Source: the human T2T-CHM13v2.0 reference genome, Homo sapiens. Taken from it: a DNA stretch of 64,000 nucleotides. The stretch lies in assembly GCF_009914755.1 (NCBI RefSeq), contig NC_060936.1; one strand, given 5' to 3'. The notes under the pieces were generated by a model that saw only the letters and a program-made list of their open reading frames with translations, did not search any database and was not told the DNA's origin. Below are positions 42,413 through 56,458 of the stretch, piece after piece; position 1 is the stretch's first letter; each line of letters begins with the position of its first letter. The position numbers were made by a program, and so were the translations under genes.

Positions 42413-43046
42413 GTATAAGTGTAAATTAGTTCAACCATTGTGGAAGACAGTGTGGCGATTCCTCAAGGATCTAGAACTAGAAATACCATTTGACCCAGTA
42501 ATCCCATTACTGGGTATATACCCAAATGATTATAAATCATTCCACTATAAACACACATGCACACGTATATTTATTGCAGCACTATTCACAATAGCAAAGA
42601 CTTGGAACCAACCCAAATGTCCATCAGTGATGGACTGGATAAAGAAAATGTGGCACATGTACACCATGGAATACTATGCAGCCATAAAAAAGAATGAGTT
42701 TATGTTCTTGGCAGGGACATGGATGAAGCTGGAAACCATCATTATTAGCAAACTAACACAGGAACAGAAAACCAAACACCACATGTTCTCACTTATAAGT
42801 GGGAGTTGAACAATGAGAACACATGGACACAGGGAGAGCAACATCACACACTGGGGCCTGTCGGGGAGTTGGGTGCAAGGAGAGGGAGAGCATTAGGACA
42901 AATACCTTAAAACCTGCAGGGCTTAAAACCTGGATGATGGGTTGATAGGTGCAGCAAACTACCATGGCACATGTATACCTATGCAACAAAACTGCATGTT
43001 CTGCACGTGTATCCCAGAACTTAAAGTACAACAATAATAATAATAA
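42413..43046 (+). mobile_element. L1PA 3' fragment
   Basis: ORF2 C-terminus [19 protein letters not shown]...HMFSLISGS, then 3' UTR and (AAT)n tail. Confidence 0.88.
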
Positions 43047-44510
43047 AGGGTGGGGCACGGGAAATTTCATGACAATGATTCTTTGGAAATAAAACACAGA
43101 CAACAAAGATGAACGTAAACGAATGAGTTTACATCATACTGATAATGGGTTAATATCCAAAATATAGAGAGAACTCAAACAACCCAATATTGAGAAAACA
43201 ACCTCATTAAAAATGGGCAGAACAACAGATATTTGTCAAAGGAAAACATACAACTGTCAAACAGGTATATGAAAAAAAATCCTTAACATCACTAATCATC
43301 AGGAAAAGGCAAATTAAAACCACAGTATCACCTCACCTTATACCTATTAGATAGCTATAATCAAAAACATGAAAGATGAGGATTGATGAGGTTGTGGGGA
43401 AAAGGGATCCCTTGTAAACTAGTGGTGAGAATGCAAATTAGGACAGCCTTAAAAATTAAAAATAGAATTACCATATGATTCAGCAATTCCACTTCTGTCT
43501 ATATTTCCAAAGTAAAGGAAATCAGCATGTTGAAGAGACATCTGCATGCTCATGTTTATTGTAGCACTAGTCACAATAACCCACATATGGAATCAACCTA
43601 AGTGTCTGCTGATGGATGAATGAAGAAAATGTGGTACATATACACAATGGAATACTATTTAGCCTTTAAAAAGAGGGAAATCCTGTCCTTTGCAACAAAA
43701 CAAATGATCCTAGAGGACATTATGTTAAGTGAAATAAGCCAGGCACAGAAAGACAAATGTCATATTACCTCATTTATAAGTGGAATGTGAAAAAGTTGAA
43801 CTTATAGAAACAGAGAGTAGAGTGGTGGTTACCAGTAGCTGGAGGAAGGTGTCTAGAGGATGTTGGTCAAAGGATACAAAATTTTCATTGGGTAGGAGGA
43901 GAAAGTTCAAGAGATCTATTGTACAACATGGTGACTACAGTTAATAACAAGGTATTGTATTCTCGAAAATCACTCAGAGGAGGTTTTAAGTGTTCTCACA
44001 GAAAAAAGTAAGTATGTTAGGTAATGCATATGTCAATTAGCTTGATCTAGCCATTCCACAATGTATACATATTTCAAAATATCATATTGAACATGATAAA
44101 TATGTAAAATTTTGTCATTTAAAAAATAAATAACACAAAGAAAGGATAAATGCTTGAGGTGATGAATACCTAATTTACCCTGATGTGATGATTACACATT
44201 GTGTGCCTTTATCAAAATATCTCATATACCCCATATATATATACACTTACAGTGGACCCACTAAAATTAAAAAAAAATCAATTGCATAGAAAACTAGGAT
44301 ATTTAGCAAGTTAGTAGGCCCTAAGTTTAGTGTTGTACTACTTTAAATGCTATCTTTTCTTTATGTGAATATGTATCATAAGTAACTTTTAGTAATATAC
44401 AAACTTACTTTATAACCATTATATTTACATAGAAAAGACATAGTTTATGTATGTATTTAAGCTTTACTTATAATGTCCTGAGGAATGAGAAACGAAACCA
44501 CTGAGTCTTT

Positions 44511-45092
44511 GTGCCCTCACCAGGTGTGGCTCTGCATTTTATTCTAGTGAACAGAATTACAGTAACAAAAAGCAGTTAAAGAATCGTTGTGAGTCATGCC
44601 TTATAAAGTTAGCCATATATTATTTACAGACCCTTCAATATCATTAACTTTTCCTGTCTTAGAAAAACTAAAGTAAAAATAAATTTATTTTTATTTGGTA
44701 ATAGGAAAATTATTCAAACCAAATAAGAAAAAATATACAGTACTGTATATGCAAATTGAAACACTGTCAAATAAAACACATTATAATACATCTAGGAAAC
44801 TCTACAAAAAATTAGGAAGCCCGTTTAGAAATTAATAGAATTAAGGACAAGTAATTAAAGCAAACTCAAATCAATAACATTCTTATTTATTTATTTAATT
44901 CCCTTGAAAGTCTCATATACACCACTAAGTAGTCACATTCACAAACTTAATTTTTATAAATTCAGCAGCAGTCTTAGGAATCCTAGGAGAAGAAGAACTC
45001 CATAAAAATGCAACTGTAATAGTCAGTGAGAGAGGTGAATTTCTGCTCCATTCAATAGTCCAGGTCTTCATCAAGGTATCTTAAAGGCTGAA
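44511..45092 (-). other. CD163: CD163 terminal non-coding exon (3' UTR, exon 17)
   Basis: Acceptor ggttttag|TTCAGCCTTTAAGATACC; unique non-repeat sequence with minus-strand AATAAA at 44886-44895, 44684-44695 and 44538-44543. Matches the recalled CD163 mRNA end; the 3' boundary is approximate. Confidence 0.8.
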
Positions 45093-45302
45093 CTAAAACC
45101 ATAAATAGAAAAATGTCATTTTCCTCTCCATATGCGTATAAGAATTCATTACATTATAACACAAAGAGAAATTCACTTATGTTAAAAATTATACTACTTT
45201 CCTGAGCAGAAATTTTAAATGCTATTTTTTTTTAACTTCAGTGTGCATAAGAATTACTTTTATTCCATGGAAATACAGTAAGATTAAGAAATGCCATTTA
45301 TA

Positions 45303-48300
45303 GGAGCTGGCAAGATGGCTGAATAGGAACAGCTCCAGTCTGCAGCTCCCAGTGAGACCAACGCAGAAGTCTCTGCATTTCCAACTGAGTCATTTCTGCA
45401 TTTCCAACTGAGTGGCGCCTAGAACCCCAGGGAGACAGAACCTTTCACTCTCCTGGAAAGGGGGCTGAAGCAAGGGAGCCAAGTGGTCTCACTCAGCGGG
45501 TCCCACTCCCACAAAGCGCAGCAAGTCACGAACTACTGACTTGAAATTCTCGATGCTAGCACTGCAGTCTGAAGTCGAACTCGGACAATCAAGCTTGGTC
45601 GGGGGAGGGACATCTGCCATCACTGAGACTTGAGTAGACGGTTTTCCCGTGACAGCGCTAAGGAGGCCAAGGAGGCCGTTGGCCAGATTGCCTCTCTAGA
45701 TTCCTCCTCTCTGGGCAGGGCATCTCTGAAAGAAAGGCAGCAGCCCCCCTCAGGGGCTTATAGATAAAACTCCCATCTCCCTGGGACAGAGCACCTGGGG
45801 GAATGGGGCGGCTGTGGGTGCAGCTTCAGCGCACTTAAACATTCCTGTCTTCTGGCTCTGAAGAGAGCAGCAGATCCTGACAAGGAGAATTCTCCCAGCA
45901 CAGCGCTCGAGCTCTGCTAAGGGACAGACTGCCTCCTCAAGTGGGTCCCTGACCCCCATGCCTAGTGACTAGGAGAGACCTCCAAGCAGGGGTCAACAGA
46001 CACCTCATGCAAGAGAGCTCTGGCTGGCATCAGGCCAGTACCCCTCTGGGACGAAACTTCCAGAGGAATGAGAAGGCAGCAATCTTTGCTGTTCTGCAGC
46101 CTTCGCTGGTAATACCCAGGCAAATAGGGTCTGGAGTGGACCTCCATCAAACTGCAGCAGAATTACAGAAGAGGGGCCTGACTGTTATAAGAAAAACTAA
46201 CAAACAGAAATCAATAATATTAACATCAACAAAAAGGACCCCTACACAAAAACCCCAACAAAGGTCATCAGCTCCAAATATCAAAGGTAGATAAATCGAT
46301 GAAGATGAGGAAAAACCAGTGCATAAATGCTGAAAATTCCAAAAACCAGAATGGCTCTTCTCCTTTAATTGATCACAACTCCTGTCCAGCAAGGGCACAA
46401 AACTGGACAGATAATGAGGTTGATGAATTGACAGAAGTGGGCTTCAGAAGGTGGATACTAACAAACTTGTCTGAGCTAAAGGAGCATGTTCTAACCCAAT
46501 GCAAGGAGGCTAAGAGCCTGATTAAAGGTTACAGGAACTGCTAACTAGAATAACCAGTTTAGAGAAGAACACAAATGACCTGATGGAGCTGAAAAACACA
46601 GCATGAGAACTTCGTGAAGTATACACAAGTATCAATAGCCAAATCGATCAAGTGGAAGAAAGGATAACAGTAATTGAAGATCAACTTACTGAAAAAAGGA
46701 ATGAAGACAAGATTGGAGAAAAAAGAATGAAAAGGAACAAACAAAGCCTCCAAGAAATATGGGACTATGTGAAAAGAACAAACCTATGATTGATTGGTGT
46801 ACCTGAAAGTGATGGGGAGAATGGAACCAAGTTGGAAAACACTCTTCAGGATATTATCCAGGAGAACTTCCACAACCTAGCAAGACAAGCCAACATTCAA
46901 ATTCAGGAAATACAGGGAACACCACTAAGATACTCCCCAAGAAGAGCAACCCGAAGACACATAATCATCCGTTTCTCCAAGGCTGAAATGAATGAAAAAA
47001 TGTTAAGGGCACCAGAGAGAAACGTCAGGTTACCTACAAAGGGCAGCCCATCTGACTAACAGCAGAACTTTCTCCAGACACCATACAAGCCAGAAGAGAG
47101 TGGGGGCCAATATTTAATATTCATAAAGGAAACAATTTTCAACCCAGAATTTCATATTCAGCCAAGCTAAGCTTCATGAGTGAAGGATAAATAAGATCCT
47201 TTACAGAAAAGCAAATGCTGAGGGATTTTGTCACCATCAGGCCTGCCTTACAAGAGCTCCTGAAGGAAGCACTAAATATGGAAAAGAAAAACTAGTACCA
47301 GCCACTGCAAAAACACACCAAAATATAAAGACCAATGATACTATGAAGAAACCACATCAACTAATGTGCAAAATAACCAGTTAGCATCATGATGACAGGA
47401 TCAAATTCACACACAACAATATTAACCTTAAATGTAAATGGGTGAAATGCCCCCAATTAAAAGACACAGACTGGCAAATTGGATAAAGAGTCAAGATCCA
47501 TCGGCGTGCTGTATTCAGGAGACCCACCTCATGTTCAAGACACACACAGGCTCAAAATAAAAGGATGGAGGAAAACATAACAAGCAAATGGAAAACAAAA
47601 AAAAGAAAACAGGGGTTGCAATTCTAGTCTATGATAAAATAGACCTTAAGCCAATAAAGATTAAAAAAAGACACAGAAGGGCATTACATAATGGTAAAGG
47701 AATCAATGCAACAAGAAGAGCTAACTATACTAAATACATATGCACCCAATACAGGAGCACCCAGATTCATAAAGCAAGTTCTTAGAGACCTACAAATAGA
47801 CTTAGACTCCCACACAATAGTAGTGGGAGACTTTAAAACCCCATTGTCAATATTAGACAGATCAATGAGACAGAAAATTAACAAGGATATTCAGGACCTG
47901 AACACAGCTCTGGACCAAATGGACCTAATAGACATCTACAGAACTCTCCACTCCAAATCAACAGAATATACATTCTTCTCAGCACCACATAGCACTTATT
48001 CTAAAATGGACCTCATAATTGGAAATAAAACACTCCTCAGCAAATGCAAAAGAACAGAAATCATAACAGTCTCTCAAACCACAGTGCAATCAAATTAGAA
48101 CTCAAGATTAAGAAACTCACTCGAAACCTCACAACTACGTGGAAACTGAACAACCTGCTCCAGAATGACTACTGAATAAGTAACAAAATTATGGCAGAAA
48201 TAATGAAGTTCTTTGAAACCAATGAGAATAAAGACACAACATACAAAAATCTCTGGGACACAGCTAAAGCAGTGTTAAGAGGGAAATGTATAGCACTAAA

Positions 48301-51300
48301 TGCCCACATCAGAAAGTGGGAAATATTTAGAATCAACACCCTAACATCACAATTAAAAGAACTAGAGAAGTAAGAGCAAACAAATTCAAAAGCTAGCAGA
48401 AGACAAGAAATAACTAAGATCAGAGCAAAACCAAAGGAGATGGAGACATGAAAAACCCTTCAAAAATCAATCAACCCAGGAGCTGGTTTTTTGAAAAGAT
48501 AAACAGAATCGACAGACCACTAGCCAGACTAATAAAGAAGAAAAGAGAGAAGAATCAAATAGATATAATAAAAAGTGATAGAGGGGATATCACCGCTGAT
48601 CCCACAGAAATGCAAACTACCATCAGAGAATGCTATAAACACCTCTACACAAATAAACTAGAAAATCTAAAAGAAATGGATAAATTCCTGGACACATACA
48701 TCCTCCCAAGACTAAACGAGGAAGAAGTCGAATTTCTGACTAGACCAATAACAAGTTATGAAATTGAGGCAGTAAGTAATAGCCTACCAACCAAAAAAAA
48801 AAAAAAAAAAAAAACCATGACCAGATGAATTCACAGCCAAATTCTACCAGAGGTACAAAGAAGAGCAAATACCATTCCTTCTGAAACTATCCCAAACAAT
48901 AGAAAAAGAGAGACTCCTCCCTAACTCATTTTATGAGGTCAGCATCATCCTGACACCAAAACCTGGCAGAGACACAACAAAGAAAAGAAAATTCCAGGCC
49001 AATATCCCTGATGAACATTGATGCGAAAATCCTCAATAAAATACTGGCAAACCAAATCCAGCAGTACATTAAAAAGCTTATCCACCACAATCAAGTTGGC
49101 ATCATCCCTGGATGTAAGGCTGGTTCAACATATGTAAATCAATAAACGTAATCCATCATATAAACAGAACAAATCACAAAAACCAAATGATTGTCTCAAC
49201 AGATGCAGAAAACGCCTTCGATAAAATTCAACAGTGCTTCATGCTAAAAACTCTCAATAAACTAGATATTGATGAAACGTATCTCAAAATAATAAGAGCT
49301 AATTATGACAAACCCATAGCCAATATAATATTGAATGGGCAAAACCTAGAAGCATTCCTTTTGAAAACCAGCACAAGACAAGGATGTCTTCTCTCACCAC
49401 TCCTATTCAACAGAGTATTGGAAGTTCTGGCCAGGGCAATCAGGCATGAGAAAGAAATAAAGGGTATTCAAACAGGAATAGGAACTCAAATTATCTCTTG
49501 TTGCAGATGACATAATTGTATATTTAGAAAACCCCATTGTCTCAGCCGAAAAACTCCTTAAGCAGATAAGCAACTTCAGCAAAGTCTCAGGATACAAAAT
49601 CAATGTGCAAAAATCACAAGCATTCCTATACACCAATAATAGACAAGCAGAGAGCCAAATCATTAGTGAACTCCTATTCACAATTCCTACAAAGAGAATA
49701 AAATACCTAGGAATACAACTTACAAGGGATGTGAAGGACCTCTTAAAGGAGAACTACCAACCAGTGCTCAAGGAAAGAAAAGAGGACACAAACAAATGGA
49801 AAAACATTCCATGCTCATAGATAGGAAGAATCAATATTGTGAAAATGGCCATACTGCCCAAAGTTATTTATAGATTCAATGCTATTCTCATCAAGCTACC
49901 ATCGACTTTCTTTACAGAATTGGAAAAATCTACTTTAAATTTGATATGGAACAAAAATAGAGCCTGTATAGCCAAGACAATCCTAAGCAAAAAGAACAGA
50001 GCTGGAAGCATCACGCTATCTGACTTCAAACTTACTGCAAGTCTACAGTTATCAAAACAGCATGGTACTGGTACCAAAACAGATATATAGACCAATGGCA
50101 CAGGACAGAGGCCTCAGAAGTAACACCACACCTCTACAACCATCTGATCTTCAACAAACCTGCCAAAAACAAGCAATGAGGAAAGGATTCCCTATTCAAT
50201 AAATGGCGCTGGGAAAATTGGCTAACCATATGCAGAAAACAGAAACTGGACCACTTCCTTACACCGTATACAAAAATTAACTCAAGATGGATTAAAGACT
50301 TAAACATAAGACCTAAAACCATAAAAACCCTAGAAGAAAACCTAGGCAGTACCATTCAGTACATAGGCATGGGCAAAGACTTCATAACTAAAACACCAAA
50401 AGCAATGGCAACAAAAGCCAAAAATTGACAAATGGGATCTAATTAAACTAAATAGCTTCTACACAGCAAAAGAAACTATCATCAGGGTGAACAGGCAACC
50501 TACAGAATGGGAGAAAATTTTTGCAATCTAGGCATCTGACAAAGAGCTAATAACCAGAATCTACAAGGAACTTTAACAAATCTACAAGAGAAACACAAAC
50601 AACCCATCAAAAAGTGGGCAAAGGATATGAACAGACACTTCTCAAAAGAAGACATTTATGTGGCCAATAAACATGTGAAGAAAGGCTCATCATCATTGGT
50701 CATCTGAGAAATGCAAATCAAAACCACAATGAGATACCATCTCACACCAGTTAGAATGGTGATCATTAAAAAGTCAGGAAACAACGGATGCTGGAGAGGA
50801 TGTGGAGAAATAGAAATGCTTTTACAGTGTTGGTGGGAGTGTAAATTAGTTCAACCATTGTGGAAGACAATGTAGCAATTCCTCAAGGATCTAGAACCAG
50901 AAATACCATTTGACCCACCAATCCCATTACTGGGTATACACCCAAAGGATTATAAATCATTCTACTATAAAGACACAGGCACACATGTTTATTGCAGCAC
51001 TATTCACAATAGCAAAGACATGGAACCAACTTAAATGCCCATCAATGATAGACTGGATAAAGAAAATGTGGCACATACACACCATGGAATACTATAGAGC
51101 CATAAAAAAGAATGAGTTCATGTCCTTTGCAGGGATATGGATGAAGCTGGAAACCATCATTCTCAGCAAACTAACACAGGAACGGAAAACCAAACACCGC
51201 ATGTTCTCACTCATAAGTTGGAGTTGAACAATGAGAACACATGGACACAGGGAGGGGAACATCACACATGGGGCCTGCTGCGGGGTGGGGGCAAGGGGAA

Positions 51301-51462
51301 GGAGAGCATTAAGACAAATTTAAGCTCCTAATGCATGCAGGGCTTAAAACCTAGATGGCGGGTTGATAGGCACAACAAACCACCATGACACGTGTATACC
51401 TATGTAACAAACCTGCACATTCAACACATGTATCCCAGAACTTAAAGATTAAAAACAAAAAA
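45303..51462 (+). mobile_element. Full-length inactive L1PA (L1PA7/8-like), antisense in the last CD163 intron
   Basis: 5' UTR ggcaagatggctgaataggaacagctcc, ORF1 from about 46300, ORF2 ATG at 47392 (both broken by stops and frameshifts), 3' UTR, A tail, and a degenerate TSD AAGAA..G.CATTT. Confidence 0.93.
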
Positions 51463-53564
51463 AGAATCGTCATTTTTTAAAAGCACCCTCATGTGATTCT
51501 GAAGCAGTTATTCAGCAGTGATTACTCTTTCAGGGAAAAGTAGTTCAATTATCATTTATCACATCAGAAAACATTCATATGCTTCAGATTATAAATCAAA
51601 TATTATTCATGGTTCTCAGTTTACAACACTAGAATTTTTAGCTTCTTTATGCACATATGAATGCATAATTTTATAGATGTAAGCATTGTATTTAATTATA
51701 GCCAATACATAAATGGAATATTATTATATTTTATAATGATTTTTTCTTTTTTAGTTGCCTAAACCGTCATTTTTCCAGTCATTACTCCATCAATTGGCAT
51801 TCACTTTGTTTCTAGTTTTTGCCACTTTCAACAACATGGCAGAAAGGAATCTTTGTATATTTGTCATTACATACTAGTGACTTTATTGGTAAGAAGAAAT
51901 TCTCAGGGATAGAATTATTGGGTCAAAGGGTCTGTGAATCTTTGAAAATAATTTTTAATAGAAACTGCCAGATTGCTTTCTCCAAAGGCTACCTACCATA
52001 TCTCACACTTCCAAAAGCAGTGTTTGAAATGGCCTTTTTCTCTGTATTCCCGCCAGTAATAAATATTGATGGTATTTCAAATTTTTGTTAGTCTGATTTG
52101 TATAAAGTGATAGCTCATTGTTAATTATAATTTCAATCCTCCAGACATTTAAAAATGTCTGTCATTTGAAATTCATTTTGTGTCAATTGTCTTTTCATAG
52201 CTTTGCCCAATTATCTATTAGATGTTACACATACACATACATACAATTTACATTCACATATATTAACCCTTTTGTGCTCTGTACAGTTTCTAAGAACTCT
52301 ATGTATCTATGTGTGTATATATATAGTATGTAAAATTAGCTCTGCATTTTATAGATATTCACAATTTATATTTCATGTACTTTAAGAGTTCCAACTCTTA
52401 TCCTTTGTCTTAATCTATATTTCGTATATACAAATATTCTGTAGTGTCTTGTACAGTCTTTACCATAGCATGTATTATACAATGTAGATATATAATATGT
52501 AGATGAATTATAGGAATATATAATATTTCTATAAAAAATACTTTTTCTACATTTCATTTCTAGATGTAGTCTTCCCCAAATTATTATTTTAAAAACAGAA
52601 AATGTATCTAGTAACTCATTTCACAATCTTTTTCTCTTGATGTATAGCTTAACTATACGTCTTGTTCACATTTGAATTTTTTTTTATGTTTTTCTCATGA
52701 AAGCAAGTTGTAAAATGCAATTCTAATCATCTTGTCTCATCTGAAACTTTCAAAGCTCATCATCACCTCTTCAACAGACCCCCAGTGAAAGAGAACATAA
52801 AGTATAGCAGGTAAGACCATTCATTACAGGGCTCTATGCAGCCTTTTCAGCTTAGATTCTAACCACCTCTCTTCTCTCCACATGGCCTCTTCATATTACC
52901 ACCTATAGACTATGATATCTTTTATTAAACAATCATGTCTTTGCCAATAGTAGATTTTATCTCTATCTTCAGTGCTCACGGTACCACTTGTTACCATAAA
53001 TACGTTCAATATATGTTTTTGAATAAAAAACTTCTTATAGTTCCCTAAAGGCATGGTTCTTTTTTCTGCCTCTAGTTTGCACATACTGTGTCCTTTCTTT
53101 GGAACTGTCTATTTTTCAGTTATTTTTAAAGTTTACCTTAAATATCATATCATCTTACAACAACCCCAAAGTTTCTTAGGCAAACTTTCTGTAGTGCCTT
53201 GTACAGTCTTTACCATAGCATGTATTATACGATGTAGATGTACAATATGTCTTATCTTTTTCCTGAAATGATACCTGTAATGTCTTCAAAAGATTAATTT
53301 GTATTTGTTTACTCAGTTTCTCCTTAGCTCCATGGATGTGTTATTACTATTTGTGTGTATAATTAAGAGATGAATCAGTTATATTTATAAGCTTTTATAT
53401 ATTCTCAATATAGATATATACATATACAAACATATGCACATAAGCAAATAAAATATGTTTATATACATTCTTTCTTTCTAATGCCAGAAGAGCTCTCAGT
53501 CCTCAAAAGGAATGCAGCTGTTTTGAACAATGACTAATAAATTCTCATCACTCACCTCACTGGG

Positions 53565-53692
53565 TTATAAATTCCCATTTTCCTTTTCAGTGTGGCTCAG
53601 AATGGCCTCCTTTTCCATTCCAGAAATAGGAAGAAATTTAGACACAGAAATTAGTTCAGCAGCACTGAAATCAGCTGACTCATGGGAATTTT
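53565..53692 (-). CDS. CD163: CD163 exon 16, long-tail acceptor
   Basis: cctttcag|AAAATTCC; translates [42 protein letters not shown]. The exon continues 9 nt of UTR to a GAG|gtgag donor at 53556/53555. Confidence 0.95.
53587..53609 (-). CDS. CD163: CD163 exon 16, internal short-tail acceptor (GGHSEPH*)
   Basis: aaaag|GAGGCCATTCTGAGCCACACTGA lies 83 nt downstream of the long acceptor and yields the recalled short tail NSSGGHSEPH. Confidence 0.85.
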
Positions 53693-54189
53693 CTGAAAGG
53701 AAGAAAATAATTACTGGGAAATAAACCAGACCTCTTCTCACGTAACTGTGAGGCTCTTTGAGCAACTAAAAACACCACCCATAACTAGGAAGAAAAGCAT
53801 GTGTGATTTAAGGGGCAGAGAAAGTCTTTCCTATTTCTTAAATATGTTTCCTGACACAGTAACAGTACATGTTCCTTAAATATGTTCCCTGACACAGTAG
53901 CAGATGCATAATTCTTTGGATGGAAGAAGTGAGGCAGGCCCCTCTCAGAAGGTCAGGGACCCTTCATGGAGTAAAGACAATGGGTTTTGGGATATTTCTT
54001 CCAACCCAGTAAAGTCATCCTGCCCAGATGCAGAATTAGTGCACTGGTGCTAAATAGAAGTTCAAGGATAAAACAGCATGATGTGATGAGAAATAAGGCT
54101 AGTTCTGTGGATTTGTATGGCTTCTCATGCAATAAAGATATTGAAAGTTTAAGGTTTTAGACTTTTAGGGAAAAATATAATAAATATCA

Positions 54190-54530
54190 AGCTAGAGAAA
54201 AAAAATGACAGGAAATGGGAATGGAAGAAACTGTGAAAGACGTATGTAGGTCAGAGGATACAAAGTAGCAGATACGTAGAATGAACCAGTCTAGAGGTCT
54301 AATGTACAACATGAGGATTATAGGTAATAACATTGTGCTGTATGTAGGATTCATGCTAAGTGAGTAGGTTTTAGCTGCTCTTGCCACAAGAACAACACAA
54401 AAAAGGGTAACTATGTCAGATGATGGGTGTGTTCATTTGCTTTGCTTTAGTAAGCTTTTTACTATCTATATACATCCCATAAAATCATGTTGTATACCTT
54501 AAATATACACAACAAAATTTAAAGAAAAAA
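54190..54530 (+). mobile_element. Old L1M 3' end fragment
   Basis: ggtcagaggatacaaagt...tgtacaacatg...ttgtataccttaaatatac motifs. Confidence 0.7.
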
Positions 54531-54713
54531 GTTAAACTGTCACTTATGACAATCTTTTGTAAGATTAATTTCTGTTTTAATAAAATGAGGTCCAAGTCAT
54601 AATATTCCTCTGCATGGTTCTTTCCATACCTCTATCAGGAATAATCACAGGCCTCTTAAGCTAAAGGCCTCCCTATGATTGCAATTTTGATATTCTCCAA
54701 GAATAATTTTCAG

Positions 54714-54856
54714 TCATTCTTGTCCATTATATGCATCTAAGCTTCCTATTACATTTTTAGACTTTTTTAACTGTTTATCAAAGTAGAATGTCTGTGCCTC
54801 AACTGCAGCCACTGATCTGAACCCCTGGGCAATAGACCCTCCAAGAACCCACAGAC
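54714..54856 (-). CDS. CD163: CD163 long-tail variant extension (read-through of the exon 15 donor)
   Basis: In-frame continuation [47 protein letters not shown]; matches a recalled CD163 long-tail isoform. Confidence 0.85.
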
Positions 54857-54952
54857 CTGAGGAATTCATTAGGTCCAGATCATCTGCATTCAGGCAAGAA
54901 TTCATCTCCCGGTATTGAATTTGGTGGACTAAGTTCTCTCCTCTTGAGGAAA
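54857..54952 (-). CDS. CD163: CD163 cytoplasmic exon 15 (common tail with YREM endocytosis motif)
   Basis: 96 nt, ttcag|TTTCC...TCAG|gtctgt; translates [32 protein letters not shown]. Confidence 0.95.
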
Positions 54953-56061
54953 CTGAAAACAGAGATCCCTAGGTTAGGGATCAGCTATCATAATAAAATT
55001 TCCCTTGCTGTAAGTGTGTTTTTTCCAAGCGCTGCAAACATACCTCGTCTTTATCCCTGCTATTGTTTCTATCCCATTCTACTACCAAGCTCTTCCCTTA
55101 CAATTCCGCACACTCAAATGAAATAGGCACAAGGCTAAATCTTCCCCACTGCCATTGTATTAATATAAACAACCCACTGTTTTTACCCAAGGAAGCCAGC
55201 AGTCTTCCATAACTCACTGGAGCTTTTCTTAAGTATCTCTAAAAGTCTTTCCTCTCCCCTCCATTCTCACTATATATGTTATAGTACTTTTCATTTTTCA
55301 CCTCAACTGTTACAAAATGCCATTCCTGTCAGTCAAGTGGTCCTCCTTCAATCCTCCTAGATCCCGTTGCCAAAAGATCTTCCTAAAAGATATCTTGACC
55401 ATTTCACTCCCCTACATGATACTCTTTAATGACTATGAATCTTATGTGAAACATAAGAACTTCATAATTTGTGCCTTTTCTCTTCTTCAGACTTAGCAGC
55501 CTCTCTCCTCACACTCAACTTTTCTCCCCCCGCCCCTCAGGAAAAAAACAAGAAATGCTTCATCCTTTAGGCTTCTCTAGACTTGTACATATTCTTCTCT
55601 AGAATGTTCCTCACCCAATTCTCTGAGCCTCTATGTTCGAAATTTGTCCCCAAGCCTCTTTGAAGCCTCCAGTAATCCCCCTCCCCTTTCAGTTAATTAC
55701 TCCCTTCTCTGTGCCACTTTTGTTCCTTTTTCCTATTAATGTAAAATGGCTACATTGTAGTGTATTTGTTTACATATATATCTCTTCCACTAGACTTGAA
55801 GTTCCACCAAGATTTATTGTCCATGTCTGTATCTTCAGAGCCTAATACATTGCTCAACAGAACAGTAAAATTTGTAATAAGGAGATTGATTATAGTAAGA
55901 GAAAATAAATGTTTAGGTAAAAAGTCATCCTAAACAATATCTAACATATTCATTCTGAACTTTCAATTCTGTAATGTTCCAGTTAAGCATGTAGATAGAA
56001 CACAGGAATCATCAATGCAACCTAAACCCCTTTTCTCCTCTGAAATCTTATTCCCTCTATT

Positions 56062-56198
56062 TAAAAAATGAAAAAAATCTGTAGAAATGGGAGCTCCCTG
56101 TGTGGCCCAGGCTGGTCTTGAACTCCTGGACTCAAGCGATTCTCCTGCCTCAGCCTCCCAAAGTGTAGGGATTACAAGTGTGAGCCACTGTGCCTGGC
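56062..56198 (-). mobile_element. Alu left monomer (FLAM-like)
   Basis: caggctggtcttgaactcctgg...gtgagccactgtgcctggcc. Confidence 0.8.
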
Positions 56199-56338
56199 CC
56201 TTCCCTCTGTTTTGAGAAACTGCTCAAACCTCTTTTAGAGTCCATCTTTCTGGCCATTAGACTTGAGTCTAATATTTTCGTCTTACAAGAACCCCCTTAT
56301 CCTGTAGACATATTAGATAAACCAAATTTGGCTCAAAC

Positions 56339-56458
56339 CTGCAAGCCGCTGTCTCTGTCTTCGCTTTTTAGTCAAGAAGAATAATGCGACGAAAATGGCC
56401 AACAGAACAACCCCAAGGATCCCGACTGCAATAAAGGATGACTGACGGGATGAGCGAC
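56339..56458 (-). CDS. CD163: CD163 transmembrane exon (exon 14)
   Basis: 120 nt; translates [40 protein letters not shown], a hydrophobic helix followed by a basic stop-transfer stretch. Confidence 0.96.

Noticed and set aside
45303-51462. Active L1 or novel reverse-transcriptase system
   Set aside because: Ordinary L1PA with many stops and frameshifts in ORF1 and ORF2.
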